This document shows positions 41,013-50,927 of a DNA stretch of 64,000 nucleotides, in pieces. The notes under the pieces are model-generated. The model made no database searches. It saw only the letters and a list, made by a program, of their open reading frames with translations, and was not told the origin of the DNA. Both the position numbers and the translations under genes were made by a program. Source of the DNA: an uncultured Nitrospiraceae bacterium. Lineage in GTDB: Bacteria; Nitrospirota; Nitrospiria; Nitrospirales; Nitrospiraceae. Positions within the stretch are counted from its first letter, which is position 1. Each line of letters opens with the position of its first letter. The stretch is taken from positions 224,001 through 288,000 of the forward strand of contig CAVPLT010000001.1 of assembly GCA_963706325.1 (NCBI GenBank), read 5' to 3'.

Positions 41013-43650
41013 CATCGACGGCACCCCGTTGATGCGGCAGTATCGCGAGATCAAACAAGCCTATCGCGATGCCATTGTATTTTTCCGTGTCGGTGATTTC
41101 TATGAAATGTTTCAGGAGGATGCCGTCGAAGCCGCCAAACTCCTGTCGATTGCACTGACCTCACGCGACAAGTCCAGCCCGACGCCGATCCCCCTGTGCG
41201 GGGTCCCCTATCACGCCGCCACTAACTACATTGCGAAACTTCTCCGTGCCGGCCGAACCGTCGCCCTCTGCGAACAAGTGGAGGATCCCAAACTTGCCAA
41301 GGGCTTAGTGCGGCGGGAAGTCGTCCGGCTCTACACTCCCGGCACCTTGATCGATAGCGAATTCCTTCCTTCCAGCGAATCGAACGTGCTGGCCGCGGTG
41401 GCCACGCGTCTCCGCTTCGGCGGAACCAACCGCAAGGAACTGTCTTTGGGATTGGCCACACTCGACGTATCAACCGGAGAATATTGGATCAGTGAATTCG
41501 ATGGCGCGCAGGCGCAGACCACCCTCTTGGACGAGCTCGCACGACTTGAGCCGAGAGAATTGTTGATCGCCGAGGGACTTTCGTCAGAGGAGAAACGTTG
41601 GATGGACGAACTGACCGGCCCCCGATTCTGCACCCAACCAGCCGCCTGGTTCGACCTGACCCAGGGGAGAATCAGGCTGCAAGAGCAGTTTCATGTCCAC
41701 TCCCTCGAATCCTTTGGCTGTCACGCGCTTCACCTTGGCATCCAGGCAGGAGCGGCCGTGTTGCGGTATGTGCGTGAAACGCAACCATCTGCTTCACTCA
41801 ACCACATTCGGCAGATACGCGTCAGATATCCCGATGACGCCATGCACCTGGATAGCGTCACTATCCGCAACCTGGAACTTGTCAAACCTGCCGGCCGCTT
41901 GGACGAATCGTCGGGCGCTTCGGCCCATACCCTGCTAGGAGTCCTGGACTGCACCGTCACGGCCATGGGCAGCCGATTGCTCCGCGAATGGCTGCTGCGT
42001 CCATTGGTGACCTGTTCGTCGATCGACGCACGCCTCACGGCGGTCGATGAACTCAAAACTCAACTCGACGCTCGGGTACACCTCCGATCCGCATTGCGAC
42101 CCGTGCAAGACATCTCGCGCCTCTCCAGTCGTATATCACTCGGTGTCGCCAATCCACGAGATCTGTTGGCCCTCACAGTCTCGCTCGCCTCCCTCCCCGT
42201 GGTTCACACAGGATTGGCTGCGCTCAGTGCTCCCCTCCTCACAGATCTATCGACAACCTGGGACAACGCACAGGACCTCTACGAGTTGATCGAACGAGCC
42301 ATCGCAGCCGACGCACCTATTTCGGTGCGCGACGGCAACATCCTGAAGGACGGCTATCATTCGGAAGTGGATGAACTTCGCAAAGCGAGTCGTGAAGGGA
42401 AAAGCTGGATTGCCGGTCTAGAAGCTAAGGAACGGACACGCACCGGCATCGAGTCACTCAAAATCAGGTACAACCAGGTCTTCGGCTATTACATTGAACT
42501 CACAAAAGCTAATCTAGGGAAGGTTCCACCTGACTATATCCGGAAACAAACGTTGGCGAATGCCGAACGCTTCATGACGCCTGAGTTGAAAGACCTAGAA
42601 GAACGTGTGACGGGGGCCGATATCAAGCTAATGGGACTGGAACAAGCCCTCTTCGAACAACTCCGGGCACGATTAGCAGAGCAGACGGCCCGCCTCCAAG
42701 AAATCAGCCGACGGCTGGCCATTGTGGATGTTCTCGCAGCCCTGGCCGAAACCGCCGCACTGAATCGATACGTACGACCGATCGTTGATGAGAGCGGCGA
42801 CCTTCGTATTGTTCAAGGCCGGCACCCCGTTGTGGAACGCCTCGACCTATCCGATGGGTTTGTCCCCAACGATACTCAGTTGGATCTTGGCATGAGCCGT
42901 CTGCACGTTTTAACCGGCCCCAACATGGCGGGAAAGAGCACCTATCTGCGTCAGGTCGCACTCATGACCCTTATGGCCCAGATGGGAAGTTTTGTGCCAG
43001 CCAGAGAGGCGAAGATCGGGATGGTGGATCGCATCTTCACCCGGGTAGGGGCATCCGACAATCTCGCCGGTGGCCAGAGCACGTTCATGGTCGAGATGAC
43101 CGAAACGGCGCACATCCTACACTGCGCGACATCTCGGAGCTTGATCCTCTTGGATGAAATCGGGCGCGGCACAAGCACTTACGATGGCTTGAGCATCGCC
43201 TGGGCGATCGCCGAATACATCCAGGATCCTCAACGGCTCGGCGCACGTACGCTCTTTGCCACGCACTATCACGAGATGACTCAACTGGAAAGTCTACGGG
43301 AAGGCATTACGAACTATTGTGTCGCCGTCCAGGAGCGGGACGGGGAGGTTTTATTTTTGCGCAAAATCATCCCTGGAGGTGCAGATCGGAGTTACGGTAT
43401 CCACGTCGCTCAATTGGCAGGTCTTCCGGATCTGGTCATACATCGCGCCAAGGCTGTCTTGGCTCAGCTTGAATCCTCCTCCACTTCACATCACGTTGCC
43501 GACACCCAGCAGCTGTTAGAGTTTGACGCTACACTACCAACACGACATCCCATGCTTGAGGAGGTACGGCAAATGGATCTCTTCTCGATGACCCCCTTGG
43601 ATGCCCTCAATCGATTGGCAGCCCTACAGCAACGGCTATTGAGCGAATAA
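41005..43650 (+). CDS. mutS: DNA mismatch repair protein MutS
   Basis: TPLMRQY, GDFYE, GPNMAGKST, DEIGRGTST, THYHE. Confidence 0.97.
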   Translation: MGDIDGTPLMRQYREIKQAYRDAIVFFRVGDFYEMFQEDAVEAAKLLSIALTSRDKSSPTPIPLCGVPYHAATNYIAKLLRAGRTVALCEQVEDPKLAKGLVRREVVRLYTPGTLIDSEFLPSSESNVLAAVATRLRFGGTNRKELSLGLATLDVSTGEYWISEFDGAQAQTTLLDELARLEPRELLIAEGLSSEEKRWMDELTGPRFCTQPAAWFDLTQGRIRLQEQFHVHSLESFGCHALHLGIQAGAAVLRYVRETQPSASLNHIRQIRVRYPDDAMHLDSVTIRNLELVKPAGRLDESSGASAHTLLGVLDCTVTAMGSRLLREWLLRPLVTCSSIDARLTAVDELKTQLDARVHLRSALRPVQDISRLSSRISLGVANPRDLLALTVSLASLPVVHTGLAALSAPLLTDLSTTWDNAQDLYELIERAIAADAPISVRDGNILKDGYHSEVDELRKASREGKSWIAGLEAKERTRTGIESLKIRYNQVFGYYIELTKANLGKVPPDYIRKQTLANAERFMTPELKDLEERVTGADIKLMGLEQALFEQLRARLAEQTARLQEISRRLAIVDVLAALAETAALNRYVRPIVDESGDLRIVQGRHPVVERLDLSDGFVPNDTQLDLGMSRLHVLTGPNMAGKSTYLRQVALMTLMAQMGSFVPAREAKIGMVDRIFTRVGASDNLAGGQSTFMVEMTETAHILHCATSRSLILLDEIGRGTSTYDGLSIAWAIAEYIQDPQRLGARTLFATHYHEMTQLESLREGITNYCVAVQERDGEVLFLRKIIPGGADRSYGIHVAQLAGLPDLVIHRAKAVLAQLESSSTSHHVADTQQLLEFDATLPTRHPMLEEVRQMDLFSMTPLDALNRLAALQQRLLSE

Positions 43651-43686
43651 GCACCGCATAGAGTGGTCATATCACACTAGTTCGAT

Positions 43687-43730
43687 AAAGAAAAAGGCGG
43701 CACCCCTGTCGGAGAGCCGCCTTCTCTTTT
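43687..43730. terminator. Bidirectional intrinsic terminator between convergent genes
   Basis: AAAGAAAAAGGCGGC...GCCGCCTTCTCTTTT. Confidence 0.75.
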
Positions 43731-43752
43731 CAAGCCTATGGGTTGCCAGAAA

Positions 43753-44424
43753 TCAGTGCTTCCCACCACCTCGATTGTATTGCGCCGTCCAAGGAATCAA
43801 GTTGGCAATTGGCTTGCCGTCCGGCAAGAGTACATCATATTGCATCAACACTGAGTCGCCACCCTTCGGAGACGTATTCAGGCCCGTCTTGGCCGTGGCA
43901 CAAGCGGCATCCACTTCCGTCTTACCTTCACAGTCCTTCAGACGAAGGGCGGAAATGCTCTTTGGCTTACCCATCTCACCGGCGTTGTCATTAAGTTTCT
44001 TCACGGACGTGATCACCCGGTGATTCTGCTCCGTTTCCTGCGCGACGAATTCCACCAGAGTGGTCGGGGAACCTGGCGGAACTTCTTTGGCTGCAGCCGG
44101 TCCCGCATGAGGGCGCGCCATGGACTTCAGCTGCTCCCACACGTTCTTATCAGCAGGGTAGAACTTAAGGTTCTTGCCTGGGTGAATTTTCTGCCAAAAC
44201 AACCCGCTCTCTGCGTTGCCACCGAATACGGCGATATTTAGCCATACCGCTTCATCATATGGATCCAGAATAATCACACGACCTTGCAGCGTAGTGGGCT
44301 TGCTTAAATCTCCCCACTCAAAACGCTCCTGAAATGCCTCAATGGCCAGTGCAGTGGAGGAAAACGCCACCACCAGAGCCACGGCAGCCATAAAAGACCA
44401 CCCCTGCTTTTGAAGCTTCATCAT
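43753..44424 (-). CDS. Exported hypothetical protein
   Basis: AAGGAGGA RBS; ALA signal peptide cleavage site; no family recognised. Confidence 0.8.
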   Translation of the reverse strand: MMKLQKQGWSFMAAVALVVAFSSTALAIEAFQERFEWGDLSKPTTLQGRVIILDPYDEAVWLNIAVFGGNAESGLFWQKIHPGKNLKFYPADKNVWEQLKSMARPHAGPAAAKEVPPGSPTTLVEFVAQETEQNHRVITSVKKLNDNAGEMGKPKSISALRLKDCEGKTEVDAACATAKTGLNTSPKGGDSVLMQYDVLLPDGKPIANLIPWTAQYNRGGGKH

Positions 44425-44481
44425 CACATCCTCCTTAAAAGAAGACAAAAGAGTCTCAAGAATCTCGCCTCGCGTATAAAT

Positions 44482-44994
44482 TTACTTCAAGAGCTTGAAG
44501 CCGGTAATGGTTCGACCATCAAGCGTCACTTCCATCGCCACCAGTTCCTGCGAGGCCTTGATGATCTGGTCCATCAAATTCTTGTCCTTGACTGACAAGC
44601 GAACAGTAGTCGCCGCATGATACCAGCCGGAGTATGGATTATTCTTGTCCGTGCCGCCGTTATAACCCCAGGCACAGCAGGTAAACAATGGGTCTGGCGG
44701 CTTCACATCCATTTGCGTCGAAGAGCGTCCACCCCCCTCACCAGAAGCCGGTTCCCCCGTGTTCCAATACTGAATGCCAAAAAGAAGTTCGGTATCAGGA
44801 TTGTCTGCCCACTGTGACCAGACACGTCCCTTCAGGGTATTGGTGGTCTCACCCTTGAATGTTTTGTCGCTACCGGTGATCACTCCACTGACCCCGCCCC
44901 CTGCTGGAGCATCAGCCGCCACCGAGATCTCGGCGGCCAGTAAGCCGACAACGGAGGACACTGCAAGTGCGGCTAGAATTCCTACCCTATTCAT
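44482..44994 (-). CDS. Exported hypothetical protein
   Basis: AAGGAGGG RBS; signal peptide; no family recognised. Confidence 0.8.
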   Translation of the reverse strand: MNRVGILAALAVSSVVGLLAAEISVAADAPAGGGVSGVITGSDKTFKGETTNTLKGRVWSQWADNPDTELLFGIQYWNTGEPASGEGGGRSSTQMDVKPPDPLFTCCAWGYNGGTDKNNPYSGWYHAATTVRLSVKDKNLMDQIIKASQELVAMEVTLDGRTITGFKLLK

Positions 44995-45169
44995 AACCCT
45001 ACCCTCCTTGGAAAAATGATGACCAGAAAAACCGTAAGTCCAAAAATCGCGGGAAAAAAGTTCAAAAAAACAAAATCCAGAGAACGCGCTAGGAGGAGGA
45101 AGTGCGACTGACACCCCCTTTCTCTCTGCTTACCTTCCCCTGTAATGCAGCCGAAATAAATTCAGACTT

Positions 45170-45246
45170 TGGTAGTGAAAACGCGGCCATGGTACTGAAA
45201 TCCATGAAACCTGTCAAGAAAATGTTTCGCCTATTTTTCACTACCA
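45170..45246 (-). promoter_or_regulatory. Sigma70 promoter bracketed by a 12-bp inverted repeat
   Basis: TTGACA-17-TACCAT at 45217-45189; TGGTAGTGAAAA (45170-45181) and TTTTCACTACCA (45235-45246). Confidence 0.7.
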
Positions 45247-45365
45247 CCACCGTCAGGAAACAATTAGGTTATCAAATGGTTATCTCGTATATATACTAGG
45301 CAGAGGCACGTTAGTCCACGAAGATCCAAGGACCTCCTGTCGCATGCACCGGCAAACAGAACCGA

Positions 45366-46619
45366 TTAGGAGGCAAATGATCGCAAACTCGTCGTTGGAA
45401 TTGGCCCAAGCGCCGTAATTGAAAGACAGCGCTGATCCAGCAGGGTTTGCGCCACACGATAGACCTGATCGGTGGTAACACGGTCTATTTCCGTTGTCAT
45501 CTGTTCGAGCGAAACGTGACAACCCTGCGTCAATTCATCTTTCGCTAACTTGCTCATACGGCTATGCGAACTCTCCAAACTGAGCATCAAACTGCCCTTC
45601 ATCTGATTCTTAACACGAGCCAGGTCCTTCGCATCAATTCCATGCGTGCGGAGCTTTTTCAGTTCCCGGCACACGACCTCCACGACACGCTGAATCTCTT
45701 TCGGCCTCGTACCCGCATAAACGGTGATCATGCCGCCATCGGAATAGGTCGACAGAAATGAATAGATCGAGTACACGAGTCCTCGTTTCTCCCGCACTTC
45801 CTGAAAGAGCCGTGAACTGACACTTCCTCCTAACACGCCGTTCAACGCATGGGCCGCATAGCGATCCTTGTGACCCGCAGCTAAGCCTTGCAGCCCTAAA
45901 CAGAGGTGAACTTGCTCCAGCGTTTTGCGCTTGACCAGGACACCACCGCTGACTTCCGGCGGCCGACGACTCGATACCAAAGGCGTCCCTTTATGCGAGC
46001 TGGAAAAGTACCGTGCCAACAATTGTTCCAATCGTCGCCACGTAAAGTTCCCAGCCACCGCCACGACGGTTCGCTCCGGATCGTAGTGAGACCCGACGTA
46101 TGCGAGCAAATCGTTTCGGCCGAGCGCCTGAATCCTCGGAGCCTGACCAAGAATCGAACGGCCCAAAGGATGGCTGCCGAGCGTGTGCTTCATGTGAAGC
46201 TCTTGCACAAGATCTTCCGGATCATCCTGAACCATCCGGATCTCCTCCAGCACCACCTGTTTCTCTTTTTCGACCTCTTTGGAATCGAACCGAGAGCGGT
46301 AGAATAGATCCGAAAGTAGCTCCAAGGCCGCTTCCAATTGCTGGTCGAGCACCTTGACATAGAAGGTTGTCGTTTCCCGGGTTGTGAAAGCGTTCATTTC
46401 CCCGCCAAGCGCATCGATCTCGCGTGAAATCTCAGACGCCGAGCGGCTTCTGGTCCCCTTAAAAAACATATGCTCGAGAAAGTGGGAAAGCCCTTCCTCG
46501 CCACGCTGCTCGTCGCGGGACCCAACGTTCACCCAAACCCCGATCGTGACAGACTTCAACGTCGGGATCAGTTCGGCCACGATACGCTGCCGGTTATCGA
46601 GAACAATTTTCCGATACAC
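45366..46619 (-). CDS. M16-family zinc peptidase
   Basis: HFLEHMFFKGT inverted zinc motif; NAFT; SRLFQEVREKRGL; follows pnp. Confidence 0.92.
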   Translation of the reverse strand: MYRKIVLDNRQRIVAELIPTLKSVTIGVWVNVGSRDEQRGEEGLSHFLEHMFFKGTRSRSASEISREIDALGGEMNAFTTRETTTFYVKVLDQQLEAALELLSDLFYRSRFDSKEVEKEKQVVLEEIRMVQDDPEDLVQELHMKHTLGSHPLGRSILGQAPRIQALGRNDLLAYVGSHYDPERTVVAVAGNFTWRRLEQLLARYFSSSHKGTPLVSSRRPPEVSGGVLVKRKTLEQVHLCLGLQGLAAGHKDRYAAHALNGVLGGSVSSRLFQEVREKRGLVYSIYSFLSTYSDGGMITVYAGTRPKEIQRVVEVVCRELKKLRTHGIDAKDLARVKNQMKGSLMLSLESSHSRMSKLAKDELTQGCHVSLEQMTTEIDRVTTDQVYRVAQTLLDQRCLSITALGPIPTTSLRSFAS

Positions 46620-46625
46620 GATCGA

Positions 46626-48743
46626 TTATCCTGCCGGCGTGGGCTCGGTGGCAGGAGCACCGGCCGGAGCGGGCATCGCTTCCTTCCGGCTTAGACGAAT
46701 CTTCCCTTGTTTATCGATTTCCATCACCTTCACCATGATCTGGTCACCCTCAGACACCTCATCGGTCACTGCCTTAACCCGATGGTGCGCCAACTGGGAA
46801 ATATGCACCAATCCATCCGTTCCGGGCAGGACCTCGACGAAGGCACCGAAATCCATGATCTTGCGAACTGTGCCGTGATAAATCCTGCCGACTTCGACTT
46901 CCTCGGTCAGGCGCTTAATCATATCGATGGCCTTCTGCGCAGAGGCTTCGTCCGAGGCAGCAATCGTGATATCGCCCGTGTCCTCGACATTGATCTTCAC
47001 GCCGGTCTCCGCGATGATACTGCGGATCATTTTTCCGCCCGGGCCGATAATGTCGCGAATCTTATCCTGCTTCACTTTCAGCGGGAATATACGCGGCGCG
47101 AAGGCAGACAGCTTCGTGCGAGGCGTATTTAACGCCTGGGCCATACGCTCAAGAATATGCAACCGACCGGCTTTGGCTTGAGCAAGAGCTTCCCGCATCA
47201 ACGCCGACGTAATCCCACCTATTTTGATGTCCATTTGGAGCGCGGTGACACCATTTTTCGTCCCTGTCACCTTGAAATCCATGTCGCCCAGATGATCCTC
47301 GAGTCCTAGAATATCGGAAAGAACCAATACCTGATCACCTTCCTTGATCAATCCCATGGCGATGCCCGCCACCGGTTCCTTGATGGGGACGCCCGCGTCC
47401 AGCAGCGCCAATGTCCCGCCACAGACCGTGGCCATGGAGGATGATCCGTTCGACTCCAGAATTTCCGACACGATACGCAGCGTATACGGGAATTTATCTT
47501 TGGTGGGAATCACGGATTTCAGTGCTCGCTCCGCAAGCGCTCCATGTCCAACCTCGCGACGGCCCGGCGACCGCAGCGGCCGTGCTTCGCCGACACTGAA
47601 AGGCGGAAAATTATAATGCAGCATGAAGGTGCGCATATACTCGCCCTCCAAGGCATCGATGCGCTGCTCGTCATCAGTAGTACCAAGCGTGACCACTGCC
47701 AAACTCTGCGTCTCACCCCTCGTGAACACCGCGGACCCATGCGCCCTCGGCAACACACCCACTTCACAGGTAATTGGGCGAATGTCCGCCGGGCCCCGGC
47801 CATCGGCGCGCACCCGCTTCTCCAGAATCATGTTCCGAACTTCCGTATATTCCAGACCGTGGAAGATGACTTTTACATGGCGGGTTCGATTCACATCGTC
47901 ACTCTTGAGGTTCTCGATCGTCTCCGCCAAGACCTGATCCAACCGCTCCTGCCGGGCGCTCTTATTGGGAATAAGAATAGCTTCGCGGATCGGCCCTGCC
48001 ACTAACCCACGCACCTGCGCAGTCAGCGTGGCATCAATGGGCTCCTGCGTTATCACTCGCTTCGGCTTACCGGCTAGCCCACGCAGCTCTTCGATCTTCG
48101 CCACGATCTTTTTGATTTCGCTATGTGCCAGTTCAATGGCCTCCAGCATGGTGGCTTCAGGCAATTCACTCGCTCCGGCTTCGACCATCATCACCGCATC
48201 CGCCGTTCCAGCCACCACGAGGTGGAGATCGCTTGTTTCCAGAACGTCCAGGTCGGGATTCACAACGAACTGCCCGTTGACGCGGCCGATCTTGACGCCT
48301 GCGATCGGACCGTTGAACGGAATCGAGGAGATCGCCAGCGCCGCCGACGCCGCAATGATGGCGATGACGTCGGATACGCCAGTCTTGTCGGCGGACAATA
48401 CCGATGTAATGACCTGAGTTTCGAAGTAATACCCTTCCGGAAAGAGGGGACGAAGCGGGCGATCGATTAATCTGCTGGTGAGCACTTCTCGCTCAGAAGG
48501 ACGGCCTTCGCGCTTGAAATAGCCGCCGGGTATCTTGCCCGCGGCATACGTCTTCTCCTGATAATCCACCGTCAACGGCAGAAAATCCACGCCGGGCTTG
48601 GCATTTTGGGACGCCACAGCCGTTGCCAACACCACGGTGTCGCCATACGTCGCCCAGATCGCGCCGTCTGCTTGTTTCGCGATACGACCCGTTTCCAGAG
48701 TCAGGCGGCGGCCCGCGAGCTCAATGTCTACAGTATGTTTCAT
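46626..48743 (-). CDS. pnp: Polyribonucleotide nucleotidyltransferase
   Basis: SRLIDRPLRP, RREVGHG, SNGSSSM, GDMDFK, KH and S1 domains. Confidence 0.98.
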   Translation of the reverse strand: MKHTVDIELAGRRLTLETGRIAKQADGAIWATYGDTVVLATAVASQNAKPGVDFLPLTVDYQEKTYAAGKIPGGYFKREGRPSEREVLTSRLIDRPLRPLFPEGYYFETQVITSVLSADKTGVSDVIAIIAASAALAISSIPFNGPIAGVKIGRVNGQFVVNPDLDVLETSDLHLVVAGTADAVMMVEAGASELPEATMLEAIELAHSEIKKIVAKIEELRGLAGKPKRVITQEPIDATLTAQVRGLVAGPIREAILIPNKSARQERLDQVLAETIENLKSDDVNRTRHVKVIFHGLEYTEVRNMILEKRVRADGRGPADIRPITCEVGVLPRAHGSAVFTRGETQSLAVVTLGTTDDEQRIDALEGEYMRTFMLHYNFPPFSVGEARPLRSPGRREVGHGALAERALKSVIPTKDKFPYTLRIVSEILESNGSSSMATVCGGTLALLDAGVPIKEPVAGIAMGLIKEGDQVLVLSDILGLEDHLGDMDFKVTGTKNGVTALQMDIKIGGITSALMREALAQAKAGRLHILERMAQALNTPRTKLSAFAPRIFPLKVKQDKIRDIIGPGGKMIRSIIAETGVKINVEDTGDITIAASDEASAQKAIDMIKRLTEEVEVGRIYHGTVRKIMDFGAFVEVLPGTDGLVHISQLAHHRVKAVTDEVSEGDQIMVKVMEIDKQGKIRLSRKEAMPAPAGAPATEPTPAG

Positions 48744-48763
48744 CTATGGTCTCCTTCAGTTAA

Positions 48764-48920
48764 GTCCCACAGATGCCCACAGAGATAGGCTCAGCCCAAA
48801 CGACCACTCATTGATGTGGTCGTCCTTCGCTCGTCATTCACTATGAACGAGGTGAGTCTATGTCAGTGTTCACCTGCGAGGACAATAGTCGGCCGCCACA
48901 GATCATGGCGGCGGCCGACT
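48764..48920 (-). other. Structured rpsO-pnp intergenic RNA (hairpin plus long branched stem)
   Basis: 11-bp perfect stem 48887-48920; long imperfect stem closing 48764/48883 with two internal hairpins. Confidence 0.6.
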
Positions 48921-48930
48921 CGTGACACGA

Positions 48931-49200
48931 CTACTTACGAATGCCCAGGCGCTCCAAAATCGCTCGATACCGCGCTTCACTAATATGACGGAGATAGTCC
49001 AACAGCCGCCGCCGACGGCCCACCAACGTCAACAGCCCGCGCCGGGAATGATGGTCCTTCTTGTGCAACTTGAAATGCTCCGTCAAATAGGTAATCCGGT
49101 TCGTCAGAATGGCGATTTGCACTTCCGGAGAGCCGGTGTCCTTATCATGCTGCTGGAAGCTCTTCACCAATTCCGTTTTTACTTCTTTCACGAGTGCCAT
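48931..49200 (-). CDS. rpsO: 30S ribosomal protein S15
   Basis: [21 protein letters not shown]. Confidence 0.98.
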   Translation of the reverse strand: MALVKEVKTELVKSFQQHDKDTGSPEVQIAILTNRITYLTEHFKLHKKDHHSRRGLLTLVGRRRRLLDYLRHISEARYRAILERLGIRK

Positions 49201-49206
49201 ACGTCT

Positions 49207-50235
49207 CTACTCCTCCATTGAATTCGCGATTCTACCGTCCTGTGATTCTTCCGTGACCAATACTTTCGAAACAGCAATCGGCTGTTCCCTCAGACCATGC
49301 TTTTCGATATCCGCATCGACCGGCAGCGTACCGATGGCCAGCAGACGTCCCGATTCGTCCTTGATACGAATGGCTCGATTCGGTCCCTCACGCAACGCCG
49401 GCGATCCGTACCATGCCAGGACTTCAGAAAAGGAAACCGGCATTCCGTGCAAGACCCTTCGGGCCGTCTCAGCTCCTATTGTGCAGCCTGGAAGTTCGGC
49501 TAATGCCTCGTCCAGCGTGAGCATAGACGTAGAAAGCGTACCCTGATCGAGCCGCGACTCTACTTCATCGACGGTTAACGCCTGCTCAACCCTCAGCGGT
49601 CCCACGCGCTCTCGAACCAATGTCGACATATGACCACCGACGCCCAACTTGTGGCCGATTTCAGCACACAGCGTCCGGATATAGGTCCCCTTGGAGCAGG
49701 CCACCCGGAATGTCACATCGGGAATCTGAATTCCGACAATGTCGAGATGAAACACGGTCACTTCGCGCGCCTGACGCTCAACGTCGTGTCCGGCCCGTGC
49801 AGACTTATACAACCGGACGCCGCCAACCTTGACTGCCGAATACATCGGAGGCACTTGCTGAATGCGCCCAGCAAACGCCGCGGCGACTTCGCGAATACGA
49901 CCTTCCGTCACCGACTCAAACGGCAAGCGCTGCAGCACAGTTCCGGTGGCATCTTGCGTGTCGGTGGTTTCACCGAGCCGCAAACCTGCCAGATACGTCT
50001 TATCCCAGCTCAGCAAATATTCGGCAACGCGCGTCCCGCGCCCCACGAGTAACGGCAACACACCCGTAGCTGCCGGATCTAGCGTGCCCGCATGGCCGAC
50101 TTTCATTCCTCGTAGCTTGCCGCGAATGCGAGCCACGACGTCGTGCGAGGTCCACCCCGCCTCCTTGCGGACATTCAACACACCATCCTGAAGGACTGTG
50201 GCCAATTGAGGCTCTTTTGTGGCAATCATCGTCAT
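49207..50235 (-). CDS. truB: tRNA pseudouridine(55) synthase
   Basis: GHAGTLDP, PPMYSA, CSKGTYIR. Confidence 0.96.
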   Translation of the reverse strand: MTMIATKEPQLATVLQDGVLNVRKEAGWTSHDVVARIRGKLRGMKVGHAGTLDPAATGVLPLLVGRGTRVAEYLLSWDKTYLAGLRLGETTDTQDATGTVLQRLPFESVTEGRIREVAAAFAGRIQQVPPMYSAVKVGGVRLYKSARAGHDVERQAREVTVFHLDIVGIQIPDVTFRVACSKGTYIRTLCAEIGHKLGVGGHMSTLVRERVGPLRVEQALTVDEVESRLDQGTLSTSMLTLDEALAELPGCTIGAETARRVLHGMPVSFSEVLAWYGSPALREGPNRAIRIKDESGRLLAIGTLPVDADIEKHGLREQPIAVSKVLVTEESQDGRIANSMEE

Positions 50236-50238
50236 CTG

Positions 50239-50637
50239 CTAGGCGTCGCCGTGAGTGGGGCCGTCGGATGTTTCTATTTGCGCTTGGTCACGGTGCAGAC
50301 CATCCAACAGTTCCAAGACACGATCGGCTCTTGGGCCGCTCACATCCTTGATAAAGGTCAGTTCGGGCAGGTAGCGCAATGCCAGTCGGCGGCCCAACTC
50401 GGCCCGCACGAACCCGCTCGCCTTCGCTAAACCATCGAACACGTGCCGTTCACCGTCCTTCTGCTCCATCGTCGTGACAAAGATTCGCGCGATCCGTAGA
50501 TCCTTGGTCAACTCCACATCTGTCACCGTGACCATGCGCACCCGCGGATCCTTGATTTTCCGCATCAAGATGTCCGCGACTTCCATGCGAATCTGGTCCG
50601 CTACGCGATCGGCTCGGCTATACGTCGATTTGGTCAT
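50239..50637 (-). CDS. rbfA: Ribosome-binding factor A
   Basis: RADRVA, KDPR, DLRIARIF, PELTF. Confidence 0.95.
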   Translation of the reverse strand: MTKSTYSRADRVADQIRMEVADILMRKIKDPRVRMVTVTDVELTKDLRIARIFVTTMEQKDGERHVFDGLAKASGFVRAELGRRLALRYLPELTFIKDVSGPRADRVLELLDGLHRDQAQIETSDGPTHGDA

Positions 50638-50646
50638 GACGCCGAC

Positions 50647-50927
50647 TTAGAGCAATTCTATATGCGAACGTACCAATTGGATCGTGGGCATGCCCGAATA
50701 AGATTCAGCACTTGATCCAGCACTTGATTCACATGAACGGATTCATTAGCCACGCAGGCCAAACCGAGAATGGCCTTTTGCCACAAATCCTGCTCTCCCA
50801 CCTCGGCAACCGAGACATTGAATTTATCTCGTACCCGCGTTTTCAGGCTCTGCAGAATCCGACGCTTGTCCTTCAATGAATGACCGTCTGGAATGAACAA
50901 TTCCACCGTGCAGAGCCCAACGATCAT
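50647..50927 (-). CDS. DUF503 (YlxP) protein, probable frameshift near 50693
   Basis: SLKDKR...FNVSVAE; the natural C-terminus [15 protein letters not shown] lies in another frame. Confidence 0.8.
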
